DNA of 64,000 bases from Neocallimastix sp. 'constans'. Its lineage: Eukaryota. Every line of letters begins with the position of its first letter. Position 1 is the first letter of the stretch. This document shows, piece after piece, positions 28,181-42,599 of this stretch. A program made the position numbers and the translations under genes. Under the pieces are notes generated by a model. It was not told the DNA's origin. It worked only from the letters and a program-made list of their open reading frames with translations, and ran no database searches. The stretch is taken from NCBI GenBank assembly GCA_050613775.1, contig JBODTK010000123.1:62001-126000 (forward strand), read 5' to 3'.

Positions 28181-29266
28181 TTAATAATAATAATGTCAAT
28201 TCTAATAATGTTGGCGGTGATGAAAATAAAGTTCATAAAATTATTGATGAAATTATTGGTAATAATAATAGTAATAGTAATGCAAATGGAGATAACAATA
28301 ATCAAATTAATAGTAGTTCCAGTGTTAATAATACAATGAATGGTATGATGTCCGAAGAAGATGATCGTCTCAATGATAATGAATCCATATATAAATCTAA
28401 AATTGATAATCATATTAAATGTCGTAAGTATTTTTTTTTTTTTTTTTTTTTTTTTTTATTTCTTAATAACCTTATACATTAATATATATATATATTGTAA
28501 TATTATACATTATATATATATATATATATTTTTTATTTTCTTTTTCTTTTTCTTGTTACTAATAAATAAATAAAATCAAAAATCAAAATTTTATTAATCT
28601 TTTCATATCTATTTTACTTTCTGTATTTCTTTCTTTAATAAGAATTTATGGATGGTAGTACAAGAATTTTCTGTAAAATCTTTTATCCAGAAAAATTTGA
28701 AATTCTTAGAAAGAATTGTGGTGTAGAAAAAATATATATTCAATCCTTATCTCACTGTAAAAAATGGAGTAATGATGGTGGTAAATCTGGTTCGGCTTTC
28801 TTAAAGACAAGAGGTAAAATAAGAATATATAAAATTAAAAAAATTAGAAAATTAAAAATAAAAATTAAAAAATTAACAATTAAAAATAAAAATAAAAATA
28901 AAAGAAATTAAATAACGATAAAAAAATTTAAAAAATAATAATTGATAATCAGAAAAATAAATTGTCATTATCATCATCATCATTATTATTATTATTATAT
29001 AATATAATATTTTATTTAATATTAACCTTATCTATTTAAATTGTTTATTTAATATGAATATTTATTTATTTATTATTTATCAATTTATTTATTATGCTAT
29101 ATAGATGATAGATTTATTATTAAACAATTATCAAGACCTGAAATGGATGCTTTCTTAAAATTTGCAGATGAATATTTTGAATATATAAATAATGCACTTT
29201 ATAATAAGGTATAGACTCTCGAACATTTATATTTATATTTATAATTAATTTATATTAATATATATA

Positions 29267-29297
<31 letters not shown>

Positions 29298-30164
29298 ATA
29301 AAAAAAAAAAAAAAATCTAAAACTAGACCCCAACTTCATTAGCTAAAATTTATGGTATCTATCGATTTGGTATTAAAAATCCAAATAGTGGTAGATCTAT
29401 GAGAATGGATGTATTAGTTATGGAAAATTTATTCTATGAACATAAATGTTCCAAGGTAAAAAAATAAAAAATAAAAAATAAAAAAAAAAAAATAAAAAAA
29501 ATAAATAAAAATAAAAATAAAAAAAAAATAAAAATAAAATAAATATATATATATATATTAAATATTTATTTATGATATAAATAACATAATAAAATATATT
29601 AAATATTTATTTATGATATAACATAATAAAAATATATTAATATATTATAATTATAATGATATGATATATCTATTTTATTCAAAATTTTAAATATTAAAAA
29701 ATTTATATTATTTTATATAATTAGATTTTCGATTTAAAAGGTTCCACAAGAAATAGACATGCTCAATCTACTGGAAAAGAAAATGAAGTTTTATTAGATG
29801 AAAACTTATTAGAATGTAATAAATTATGATAAATAATTATATATATATTAAATATATAATTTTTAAATAGAATAATATATTAATTTTTTTTTTTTTTTTT
29901 TTAAAAAAAATAATTAATAATAGTGATAAATGAACAACCATTATTCATAAGAGAATATTCAAAGAATTTATTGTTTACTTCAGTATGGAAAGATACTTCT
30001 TTCTTATCACAACTTAATGTAATGGATTATTCATTAGTTGTCGGTGTAGATAGTGATACCCATGAATTAATTATTGGTATAGTTGGTAAAGTATTTTATT
30101 TATTTATTTATTTATTTATTTTATTTTATTTTCAATATTTGATACTTGTTATTATCTTATTAAA

Positions 30165-30261
<97 letters not shown>

Positions 30262-30763
30262 TATTATTATTATTATTATTATTATTTTAAATAAAAACGT
30301 CATGTATTAATCTAATCAATATTGTTTTACTTTGGTTAATTCCTATATTTTATAAATATTAATATAATATATATATATATATTTTTTTTAATATTATTTT
30401 AATCGGCATTCATATGTCAACAGATTATATTAGAACATTTACTTGGGATAAAAAACTTGAAAGTTGGGTGAAAGAAACTGGTATTCTTGGTGGTGGTGGA
30501 AGAGACCCTACTATTATTTCACCAGTTCAATATAAAAATAGATTTAGAGAATCAATGGCAAGATACTTCTTAATGGTAAATAATATTTTAAAAAGAAAAT
30601 TTTTTTTTTTTTTTTTTATTTTTAATCTTAAATATATATATTTAATAAATTTTTAAAAATAGTCCAATAAAATTAATAATTAATTTATATTAACTTAATA
30701 ATCTAATTTTAGGTTCCAGATAAATTTTGTTTTGAAGAAGAAGATGAAAAACAACCTCAATAA
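19895..30763 (+). CDS. FAB1: 1-phosphatidylinositol-3-phosphate 5-kinase Fab1/PIKfyve (~2880 aa, 10 exons)
   Basis: FYVE domain ([13 protein letters not shown]...[17 protein letters not shown]...RVCNYC), CCT/TCP-1-like domain ([10 protein letters not shown]...KNVAHKKM), Cys-rich region and PIP kinase motifs [29 protein letters not shown]. Exons 19895-22771, 23279-24269, 24497-28423, 28643-28813, 29105-29208, 29327-29455, 29725-29815, 29924-30085, 30424-30575, 30713-30763 are all phase-consistent. Confidence 0.96.
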
Positions 30764-32483
30764 AAAATAATAATAATAATAATTAATAATAATTAATAAT
30801 AATTAATAATAAATAAAAATAAAAATAAAAATAAAAATAAAAATAAAAACAAAAATAAAAATAAAAATAAAAATAAAAAAATAAAAAAAAATAAAAAAAT
30901 AAAAATAATAAAAATAATAATAATAAATAAATAAATAAATATAAATAATAAATATAAATAAATAGTTATAAATAAATAATTATAAATAAATAATTATAAT
31001 AATAATATAAATAATTATAATAAAAATGAAATAAAAAAAAAATAGTTATTATATAAATATATCATATTATATATTAATAAAATATAATGAAAATATATAT
31101 ATATCTTTTAGTTTGTAATTTACACTATTTAATATCGAAGTTAAATTATATAAAATAATTAAAAATATTAACATTATTTTATTTTATTATTATTTTATAT
31201 TTTAATATAATAAATATTCAAAATAATAATAACGATTAATTTAATTATAAGTTTAGATTTTGATAATAAAATATAAATATATTCAATGAATTTCATTTCT
31301 AATAAAAACTCAATGCTACTTAATTTTAGTAATATGATGATTAAATTAAAATGACCTTTAATTGGAAATTTACATATATGAAAATATATAAAAAATATAT
31401 ATATATAATAGTAATAGTATAAATATATATATATTATATTTTATTTTTAATATTTATTAATTAAAAAAAAATAAAAAATGGAATAATAAAACTTTATATA
31501 TATTTTTAAAAAAAAAAAAAATGTATAAAATAAAACATTTACTTTTTCTATATAAATATTTATATAAAAAGTTTTCTTTTTAACTTTTTTTTTTTTTTTT
31601 TTTTTAATATTTTTTTAATTTGTATTTGATTATTATTAATAAAAAAATTTTATATTTTAAAAATTTTCCAAATTATATATATATATACTTTTTTTTTTTT
31701 TTTTTTTTGGTAAAATTTAACTATCATATTGGATTATTGGATTATTATATTATTATTTTTATTATTTCTATCATTTTTATTATAAAATTGAATAAATCTT
31801 AAAAAAAAAACATTTAAAAAAATTTTTTATATGTATTTTACATTTAATAAAAATTGAAAATCATCCAATCATTTTAAAAAAAATGTATTAAAAAATTTAA
31901 TTCATATATATTAAAAGTGTAATCTATAATTCTAATTAAATCATTAAAAAAAAATAATAATAAAAGAATTATTGAAATAATAATGAAATCTTTCAAATAA
32001 AATTTATTGTATATTATAAATTATAACAATATTTAATATTTTATATAATTATATATAATTATATAGTTAATGTATATATAAAATTTTGATATTAATTTTT
32101 TTATTATAAAAAAATATTATTATTTTTTTTTATTTTTACATCTAAAAAAAAATTTTTAATATATTTTCTGAGCTTATTTTTTTTTATGGATTTTTTTTTT
32201 TTGTCTTTAGATCTTAACAAGTTATATTTTATCATTTATAAAAATTAAAAAAAAATTAATTAGAATCAAAATAGTTATAATATTCATAAATAAAAATAAA
32301 AGTTCATATTTAGATAAATAAAGTTCTTTTTTAATTAAAAGAATAAGAAAAAAAAAAAAAAAAAACTAAACAAAATAAAAGAAATTATTGAAATTTAGGA
32401 TTTCAATTTCATTTAAATAACATAAATTAAATTAAAGAGGAAAAAAAAATAATAATAAAAATAAAAATAAATAAGGAAAGAAA

Positions 32484-35093
32484 ATGGATTTCTCACAATA
32501 TGATGAATTTGGTAATTATATAGGTCCCGAATTATCAGATGAAGAATCTGATTATGAAGAAGAAAATCAACAAATTGAACAACCAAATGTAACAGAAGAA
32601 AAGGATCAAAGTGAAGAAGAGGAAGAAGGAGAAGAAGAAAAAGATGAAAATGATATGGAAACAGATGTTCCAGGTGAAGGATTAGACGGAATGCAATTAA
32701 TAAAGGTTGATGGTATGAACCTTTCCAATTTTTTTTTTTTTTTTAATTTTTTTTTTTTTTTTTTTTTTTTATTGTTTATTATTATATATATTTATAAAAT
32801 TATAAAGTAATATTGTATCAAAATTGTTATGGTATAATTTTAATTCAGATATAAAATTTTTATCTTTTTTTTTTAAAAAAAAAAATAAAAAATTATTTTT
32901 TTATATATTAATTTTATATATAATATTTATAATAAAATTGTTAAAATTAATCTTGAATTAAACTATTAATATCCAAAATTTCTTTATATATAAATTAAAT
33001 TTCATTTTTTTATTTTATTTTATTTTATTTTATTTTAAATGTTATTATGAAATTACATCAAAAAAAATATTAATAAATAAATTATTAAAATAATAATAAT
33101 AATATGATATATATATTGAATTAAAAATAAAAAGAAAATCCTTCAATGGAGGTTGTATTACATGAAGATAAATCGTATTATCCAAGTGCAGAAGAAGTAT
33201 ATGGTAAAGATGTTGAAAATTTAGTTCAAGAAGAAGATACTCAACCTCTATCTGAACCAATTATTGCACCTATAAGAGCAAAAAAATACCAAATTCAAGA
33301 AAAGAATTTACCACCAACAATTTACAGCAAACAGTAAAATACTTTTTTTTTTATGCTTCATTTGAATAAATTTTAAAATATATAATACATATATAATACA
33401 CGTATAAATTATCATAATTTTAAAGAAATTGGCCATTCAATAAATTAAATGAAACTATGTAAAAAAATATATATATATATTTATATGAATAGATATTTAA
33501 TTGATATGACAGATCATCCAAGTATGATTAGAAATGTTGCTTTAATTGGTAATTTACATCATGGTAAAACTACATTTATTGATATGCTTGTATCACAAAC
33601 TCACAATGTCAATTGGGAATTAGATAAAGATGTAATATATATATATATGCTTTTTTAATTCTTCTTCTTCTTCTATAATATTGAATGTTTATTAAACGAT
33701 TTTAATAGATATGTTTTTATAGTCCTTGAAAAAATGATTAATATCTTAATAAATTATATATTATATATGTTATGAAATTAATATAAAAAAATATTTATTT
33801 ATATAGCAAAGATATACAGATATTCATATATTAGAAAGACAACGTGGTTTAAGTATTAAGAGTATGCCTATGTCCCTTTTACTTCAAGATTCAAAGGATA
33901 AATCTTATTTGATTAACTTATATGATACACCAGGTAATTTTAACCATAATTATTATTGCAATTATCATTTTATCATTTTATTTTAAATACTTATATTAAA
34001 AAACATAAGCATTGTCATAACTATAAAAAGTAAACCTATTTATTAATAATGTTAATATAAATATTTATAATATATTATATTAAAAGGTCATGCCAACTTT
34101 TCGGATGAAGTTACTGCTGCCTTAAGAATTGCAGATGGTGTTGTTATTATTGTAGATGCTGTTGAAGGGGTAAGCACTTAATATAAACTTTTTAATAATA
34201 AAAGTTTTTTTTTTTTATTTTTTAATTTATTATTCATTTATTTATTTATTAATAATAATATAATAAATATAATTTTCTTCACAAAATTTCGTTATTAATT
34301 TATATTATATATTATTATTAATAATTATAATTATAATTATAAATGACAAATGTATTAAATTACAATAATATACTTTTTTTTTTCTATATATTTTTTATAT
34401 TTTAATGTATAATAGGTAATGTCACAAACTGAAAGATTAATTAGACATGCTTGTAGAGAAAAACTTGCTATTACTTTAGTAATTAGTAAATTTGATAGAT
34501 TAATTGTTGAATTAAAACTCCCTCCAACTGATGCTTATTTCAAACTTAAGCATACTATTGAAGAAGTTAACTCTATTTTATGGTAATTTTTTTTATTAAA
34601 ATATTTTTTTTTCTCTCTTTTCATTTAAACTTTATTATTAAATTAAAATTAATAATTATAATAATATTATATATATATAATTTTTTTTTTTTTTTGGATT
34701 ATTATATATTTTATTGTTAATTTAATTTTTATTAGTGAATATGATGAAGATAATAGAGTTTCACCAGAAAAAGGAAATGTTGCTTTCTCATCTGCAGAAA
34801 TGAGATGGTGCTTTACTCTCGAAACCTTTGCTCAAATGTATAGCGATACTTATGGTAAATATAAATTTTATTTAATGTAGATATATTTATAAAATATTAT
34901 TTTTTTTTCGTAATAAATATATGTATATAAATATTAGATTTATAATTTAATATAACATTTTAATAATAATAATTTTTTATAATTTAATTATTTATTTAAT
35001 TTAACATTTTAATGTAATAAAATAATAATAATTAATTATTTTAAATTTTAATTGTATATATTTTTATTATTATTGTCATTTTTATTTCAATTA

Positions 35094-35139
<46 letters not shown>

Positions 35140-35640
35140 TAAAGGTGGTATTGATGTTGAAAAATTTGTTCAACGTCTTTGGGGTGATATTTATTATAAT
35201 CCTGACTCAAGAAAGTTTAGTCGTAAACCAAAAAGTTCCAGATCTCAACGTGGTTTCGTTCATTTCATTTTAGAACCATTATATAAGCTTTATGCTCAAG
35301 TTATTGGTGAAGATGAAGATACTCTTAAACATACTTTAGCATCATTAGATATATATCTTAAACCATCCGAGTTTAAATTAGATGTTAAACCATTATTACG
35401 TTTAGTTTGTCAAAAATTCTTTGGTTTATCTTCAGGATTTACTGATATGTGTATTAAAAAGATTCCATCTCCAATTGAAAATGCTAGAAATAAGGTAAAT
35501 GAATGATGAAATAAAAATAGATTTTTTATAACTTTGTTTAATTATAATAATAATAATAATGTTTTAATCATAATGAAATTTTTCATTTTATATTAATTTA
35601 TAAATATACAATATATCTTTATTAAAATTTATTATTACTA

Positions 35641-35692
<52 letters not shown>

Positions 35693-36584
35693 TTATTGAA
35701 ATATTTAAAATAAAATGATAGATTGAACATACTTATACTGGTCCAATGGATTCACCAATTGCAGATTATATGAAGCAATGTGATCCAAATGGTCCATTAA
35801 TGATCCAAGTAGTAAAATTATATAATTCAGAAAATTATAATGAATTTAATGTATTTGGTAGAATCATGAGTGGAAGAGTAAGTGTTGGTCAATCAGTTAG
35901 AATTCTTGGTGAAAGGTATTCATTAAATGATGAAGAAGATATGACCATTAAAGAAATTAAAGATATTTGGATTTATGAATCAAGGTAAATTTATATTTTT
36001 ATTTTTATTTATATATTTATATATGTATTTTTTTTTTTTAATAGTAGTATTATCATTAATATATAATAATAAATTTAAAACAATGATTTTATTTTCATTT
36101 CTATCTTTCTACCTTTCTTTCTATCTTTTTATTTTTCTTTTCTAACTTTCTATCTTTCTTTCCTTTTTTTTTTTTTTTTATAATTATTTTTCTGAAACTA
36201 AAATATATTAAAAATATTGCATTATCATTATGTTTTTATTATACGATGCTATGTCATCAAACAATTAAATTATAATTAATTTCTCAAAAAAGATATAAGA
36301 TTAAGGTTGATTCGGTTATTGCTGGTAATTGGGTTTTATTAGGTGGTATTGATCAATCTATTATGAAGACAGCAACCATTACCAATATTGCTTCTAATTC
36401 TGATGATGATGATAATGAAAATAGTCCATGTATTTTCAGACCTCTTAGATTTGATACTGAACCAATTTTAAAGATTGCTGTTGAACCTGTTAATCCAACT
36501 GAATTACCAAAAATGTTGGAAGGTTTAAGAAAAATTAATAAGAGTTATTTAATTACAAAAACCAAGGTATATATATATATATCT

Positions 36585-36624
<40 letters not shown>

Positions 36625-37262
36625 GAATAATTAATAAACAATTAATTAATAATTTGAGATATAGATATTTATTGAAGAGAATAGTTAAAATTTTAATGCT
36701 TTTAAATAAACTTTTTTTTTAATTAAATATTCCTATATTTTCTTTTTAAATATTCATATATTTTTAAATAATATGAATAGGTTGAAGAATCAGGTGAACA
36801 TATTATATTAGGTACAGGTGAACTTTTCCTTGATTGTGCTTTACATGATTTAAGAAAATTATATGCAGAAATTGATATTAAGGTTGCTGATCCAGTAGTA
36901 AAATTCTGTGAAACTGTCGTTGAAACTTCATCTATTAAATGTTATGCAGAAACTCCAAATAAAAAGTAAATATTTATTAAAATTTTATTATATAATTTTT
37001 TATTTTTTTATTTTTTAATTTTTTATTATTTTTAATTTTTTATTATTTTTTATTATTATTTTTTTTTTCTATTTTTATTTTTTTTTTTTTTTTTTTTTTT
37101 TTTTATTATTTTTTTTTATTGTTTATAATTATATAGATTTATAGATTTATAGTTGTTATTATTATTAATTATTATTATAATAAAATATTAATTTTTTTTT
37201 TAATCATTTAAAATAATAATAAAAACAAATAAAATACAATATAATAAAATAATAAAATAAAA

Positions 37263-37293
<31 letters not shown>

Positions 37294-37830
37294 ATAAGTT
37301 AACAATGATAGCAGAACCACTTGAAAAAGATGTTGCTGATGATATTGAAAACTTAAAGGTAAATATAGATTGGCCAGCAAAGAAATTAAGCGATCACTTT
37401 GTAAATAATTATGATTGGGATATATTGGCTGCCAGAAATATATGGGCTTTTGGTCCAGATAATAATGGACCAAATGTTTTAATTAATGATACTTTACCAT
37501 CTGAAACCGATAAAAAGTTATTATATTCCGTAAAAGATTCTATAGTTCAAGGTTTCCAATGGGGTGCTCGTGAAGGTCCACTTTGTGATGAACCAATTAG
37601 AAATGTTAAATTTAGATTATTAGATACTACATTAGCTCAAGAACCACTTTATCGTGGTGGTGGTCAAATTATTCCAACTTCTCGTCGTGTAACTTATTCT
37701 TCATTCTTAATGGTAATTAAATTTTAATTAATTATAATAAAATAATAAATATATATATATATATATATATATTATTTTATCAAATACTATAAATTTATAC
37801 ATTTACATTTATATTAATATCCAAATATAA

Positions 37831-37870
<40 letters not shown>

Positions 37871-38724
37871 GTGAATGCTTTTATTCATTAATATATATTC
37901 CTTTTTTTAATTAATATATATATTATTATTATTTATTTTTTATTTATATATATATATATATATATATTGTATTATATATATATTTTGTTTTATCTTAAAA
38001 AAATATATATAATATTTATCATTTTATATATTATAAGGCAACACCACGTTTAATGGAACCAGTTTACTTTGTTGAAATTCAATCACCAGCTGATTGTGTT
38101 TCTTCTGTATATACCGTATTGGCCAGAAGAAGAGGTCATGTTACTGAAGATATCCCAAAGCCAGGTTCACCATTATATACTGTTAAGGCTTATTTACCAG
38201 CCATTGATTCTCCAGGTTTTGAAACTGATCTTCGTATCTATACACAAGGTCAAGCCTTCTGTCAACAAATATTTGATCATTGGCAAATGGTTCCAGGAGA
38301 TCCATTAGATAAGTCAATTGTTTTACGTCCACTCGAACCAAGTCCAGAAAGTCATTTAGCTCGTGATTTCATGGTTAAAACTAGAAGAAGAAAGGTAAAA
38401 GATAAATTGATAAATGAAATAATATAAAAATAAATAAATAAATAGAATAGTAATAAAAATAAGAAAAAAAAATTTAATGATAATAATAATAATAATAATA
38501 AAATATAAAAATAATAATAATAATAATAATAAATAAATAATTAAATAATACAAATAATTATTATTAATTATAATAATATAATTAATATTTTAATATATAT
38601 ATATTAACTCTTTAATAATTATATACAAATATTTTAATTTTAATAGGGTTTAAGTGAAGATGTTGCTATTGAAAAATTCTTTGATGATCCAATGATTTCT
38701 TCAATATTGAATGAACTTAATTAA
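32484..38724 (+). CDS. SNU114: U5 snRNP 116 kDa EF-2-like GTPase Snu114/EFTUD2 (14 exons)
   Basis: N-terminal [31 protein letters not shown]1 GNLHHGKT, G3 [44 protein letters not shown]. Exons 32484-32712, 33135-33333, 33493-33631, 33807-33933, 34087-34169, 34416-34582, 34736-34854, 35145-35494, 35722-35984, 36293-36566, 36781-36965, 37292-37712, 38038-38394, 38647-38724. Confidence 0.97.
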
Positions 38725-38897
38725 GATAAAAAATAATAATAATAATATAACTAATATATAATAATAAATAATTATAAGATTTTTTTTATATTCTATTTCT
38801 TCTTTTATTTATATTCTTCTTTTTCTTTTTCTTCTTTTTTTTTTTTATTTTTTATCTTTTTAAATATAAATTAAATATTTAAATTTTAAATATATAT

Positions 38898-38938
<41 letters not shown>

Positions 38939-38995
38939 GTATTTTTTTTTTTTTTTAATTTTAATAATATATATTTATATATATAATTATTATAT

Positions 38996-39028
<33 letters not shown>

Positions 39029-39311
39029 TTATTTATTTTTTTATTTTTTTACAATAATATCATGATCATAATTCAGTTAATTTAATATATTCATTAATAC
39101 TTATATCTCATTTTATGATTTACTTTACTATGCAAATATATTTAAATAATAATAAAAAATAATAAAAATAAAATATATATATGAAATAATTATATAAATC
39201 ATATTATTCTAAATTTTTTTTATATGTCCAAAAGGCATCTTTTTTTTTTTTTTATTTATTTATTTATTTATATGCTTTAAGTGTCTTTTAATTTTATATA
39301 AGATATGATTT

Positions 39312-39361
<50 letters not shown>

Positions 39362-39415
39362 ATAAAATAAAAAGTTAGCTATATATAAGTATATTTACTA
39401 AAAAAAAAAAAAACG

Positions 39416-39471
39416 TCATTCATGGGATAAAGAAAGTAAAATTTTAGCTGACAAATTAAATAAATTTCCAT

Positions 39472-39517
<46 letters not shown>

Positions 39518-40805
39518 TTTTAAACTTTTACTGGGACAGAGATATGGCAGGAAAAAATCAATCAAAACTAAAGCTTATAAAAAATAATAATTTTTTAGAA
39601 AACCGGTGAGAATCATAATCTAAATTATAAATATCCTGAATTTACCATTGGCTTCCGTTGGGTACTTTCGTGCCAGATATGGATATAAATTCGAGGCTCG
39701 TGTTGCCAAAGCCGCCAAAATGATTGAAGAAGATTGTCCTGAAAAGGTGTGTCCTTTGTTGTTATATTAGAAAAAATAGTAATCCTCGATTTGGAACATT
39801 GGTTTTCTAAAATGCTATCTTTTCCGTGAATTTCGAACGAAATATTATTTTAAGGATATTGAAATTCTTTAATTCTTTATGAAATATTTTATATTATTCC
39901 TAAATATTGTCCAATATCTAATAGTAATGTAGAACACTGTTATTACAGATAGGAATAATATAGAACTAAGTTCTGATTCTGATAGTCGTAACGAAGTATA
40001 TAATATTAATAATATTAACCATAGAAATAATATATTATTAATGATAGAAGAAGTAGTGATAGTGAAATTAGAATTATTAATATTAGTAATAGTGAAAAAT
40101 TATAATATCGTTACTTCTAATTTAATGAATAGTTCAAGTTGGTGAAAATCGTGGTAATTTTAAGTAATTTTTTTTGAATTAATGAGTGTGTAAATATATA
40201 TGTGACGTGGTAACGATTATATAACTTTCTTCTTGGTGGAAGGGATGCAGATATAATAGATTTAAATTATAAAAAAGGAATGGGATATTTTGTTTAAGAA
40301 TCAAAATCATTTCTGGTGGATTATTCAAAAAATGCCATTCTTGGTGTGTATCTGCGACTCTCTTTTACAGAAATTATGCCTCGGTCTAGTACTCGGCAAA
40401 GGTTACTATTCCGAAAGTATAAGCGTAAACTAACCAGGAGCGTCAACGCTAAAAAAATGCAGTAAGAACAGGCTAGCAGGGCCAAATGCCTCTGAAGGAA
40501 GGAAGATCATAATTTCTTTCTAGACAGACAATTCAAACCCTAATCCATAAGGAGGTGAGGTTCGTTGCATATGAACTTTTTTTTCTGAATTTATTTATAC
40601 ACTTATTTTTGATTATTACTTTTTATTTCACGTTACTATTTCATTTATTATCATGTTCAAATTGGACAAATAATATTTATTTATTCCATTAATTCTGTGT
40701 TTTTTTTTTTTATTTTTTATTAATATTAAAAGTATTCCATATATTTTATATAAGAATAAATAAATAAAGATTAAAGTTCTCAATAATTGCGGCTATAAAA
40801 AAAAA
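39416..40805 (+). mobile_element. Degenerate LINE-like retrotransposon remnant (3' part, frameshifted)
   Basis: GC-richer island. Broken frames give YPEFTIGFRW / RYGYKFEARVAKAAKMIEEDCPEKVCP / DLEHWF (decayed C-terminal Zn-knuckle-like region), YNFLLGGRD, and TEIMPRSSTRQRLLFRKYKRKLTRSVNA, which aligns with the 7.7-8.2 kb element. A T-rich tail and an A-run follow near 40800. Boundaries are approximate. Confidence 0.6.
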
Positions 40806-41612
40806 TAATAATAAAAAATATTTATGTGTTAAATGTATTTTATTTAAATAATATCATTATTTATATTGTATTAACAAATATCATTACCACTACTACTATT
40901 ATTTTTTTTTCATAAATAGAAGTTATATATTTATATTTATATTATTCTATATCATTTGTACTTAATTCTGTGTTTTTTTTTTTTTTTTTTTTTATTTGTT
41001 TTTATAATAAAAAAATAATTGCATAATTGTAAAGAATAAAAAGAGAATAGTAATGTAGGATAAAGTAATAAAAGAAGTAATTTATATAAATTCTATAAAA
41101 AAAAAAATTAAATAAAATAAATAATAAAGTAGAATAAAAGAGAATAAAGTATTAATAAAAATAAAATAAAGAGTAAAGTAGTATAAAAGAGAGTAAAGTA
41201 TTAATAAAAAATAAAAATGAATAGTAAAGTAGTATAAAATTGTAAATTTTAATACTATTAGTAAAATTCATATATTTATATTTATTGTAGTACTTATTTT
41301 TTTTATTAAGCTGGTTGTTAAAAAAAAAAAAAAAAAAAAAGAATATGATATAGGACGATAATTCTTTGGTTACAGTAATTAATTTAAATTTCTTTTTTTT
41401 TTTTTTTTTTTTTTTTTTAAGAAAATAATTATTATTATTGTCACTTTTAAATAAAATCGAACATAACAAATTTTAAATTATAATCTTTACTTTATAAAAT
41501 TATACATATAATATACATAATATACATAATATTTTATATATAAAAAAAAGATACTTTAATTATTTTTATAATAATAAGAAGTTTTATGTTAGTTTAATAA
41601 ATAAATTAAAAT

Positions 41613-41647
<35 letters not shown>

Positions 41648-42124
41648 TTATTAAATTGATTCTTACTATTATTACTATTATAATTTATAATTATTATTAT
41701 TATCAATTTTATTATATAATTGTTATTAAAATTGTTATTAATTGATTTAATAGAAATTAATTACTTTAAAACTGTAATATCTTTAGCTATTAAATGTTCA
41801 TTTATTGAAATGTTATATATAAATAAATATTTTATAATAATATTATGTATATGCTTTTTTTTTTTTTTTTTTTGAAAATTGGAAAATAAATTAAATAAAT
41901 TATAAATAAAAAAAATTTTTTTTTTCAATTTAATTTATACATATTTATACATATTATATATGTAATGCTCATTAGCACTTTTTCTTTTCTTTTCTTTTAT
42001 ATATATATATATAATATTAAATAAATATAGTTTTATAGGAAAAGAAGTGAACTTTAAAAAAAAAAAAAAAAAAAAAAGTTAAAAAAAAACTTAACCTTAT
42101 TTGTGTTTAATTTTTCTGTAAATA

Positions 42125-42160
<36 letters not shown>

Positions 42161-42202
42161 AATGGCAAAGTCATTATCGTTAGCTAGATTGACTTTGCCA
42201 TT
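42161..42202. other. 13-bp perfect inverted repeat (hairpin/palindrome) upstream of the Zn2Cys6 gene
   Basis: AATGGCAAAGTCA (42161-42173), a 16-nt spacer, then TGACTTTGCCATT (42190-42202). Confidence 0.8.
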
Positions 42203-42568
42203 ACGAAATAAAAAAATTTTTTTTTTGTTCCATAATTTAATAAAATTTAAAATTATAAATTAAATTAAATTGAAATAAATATATATTTATATATATAATT
42301 ATTTATTTATTTATTTATTCATTTAATAGTAAATAAATTAATTTGAAATTTAAATAATTATAATTTGATTTTTGATTTTTGATTTTTGATTTTTGATTTT
42401 GTTAAATAAATATAAATTATATCATTTTTTAAATTAATGGCATATAAATTTGCGAAACTTTTTTTTTATAATAAAAACATTAAAGTAAAAAAGATAAAAA
42501 TAAATAATAATTATAATTATAATAATAATTATAAATGTGGATATTTTCCGCTAACTTTATAAAAGATT

Positions 42569-42599
<31 letters not shown>

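Noticed and set aside
19986..28413. Antisense and alternative-frame ORFs overlapping FAB1 (e.g. 20948-21244, 25944-26405, 27829-28413)
   Set aside because: Shadow ORFs of low-complexity coding sequence.
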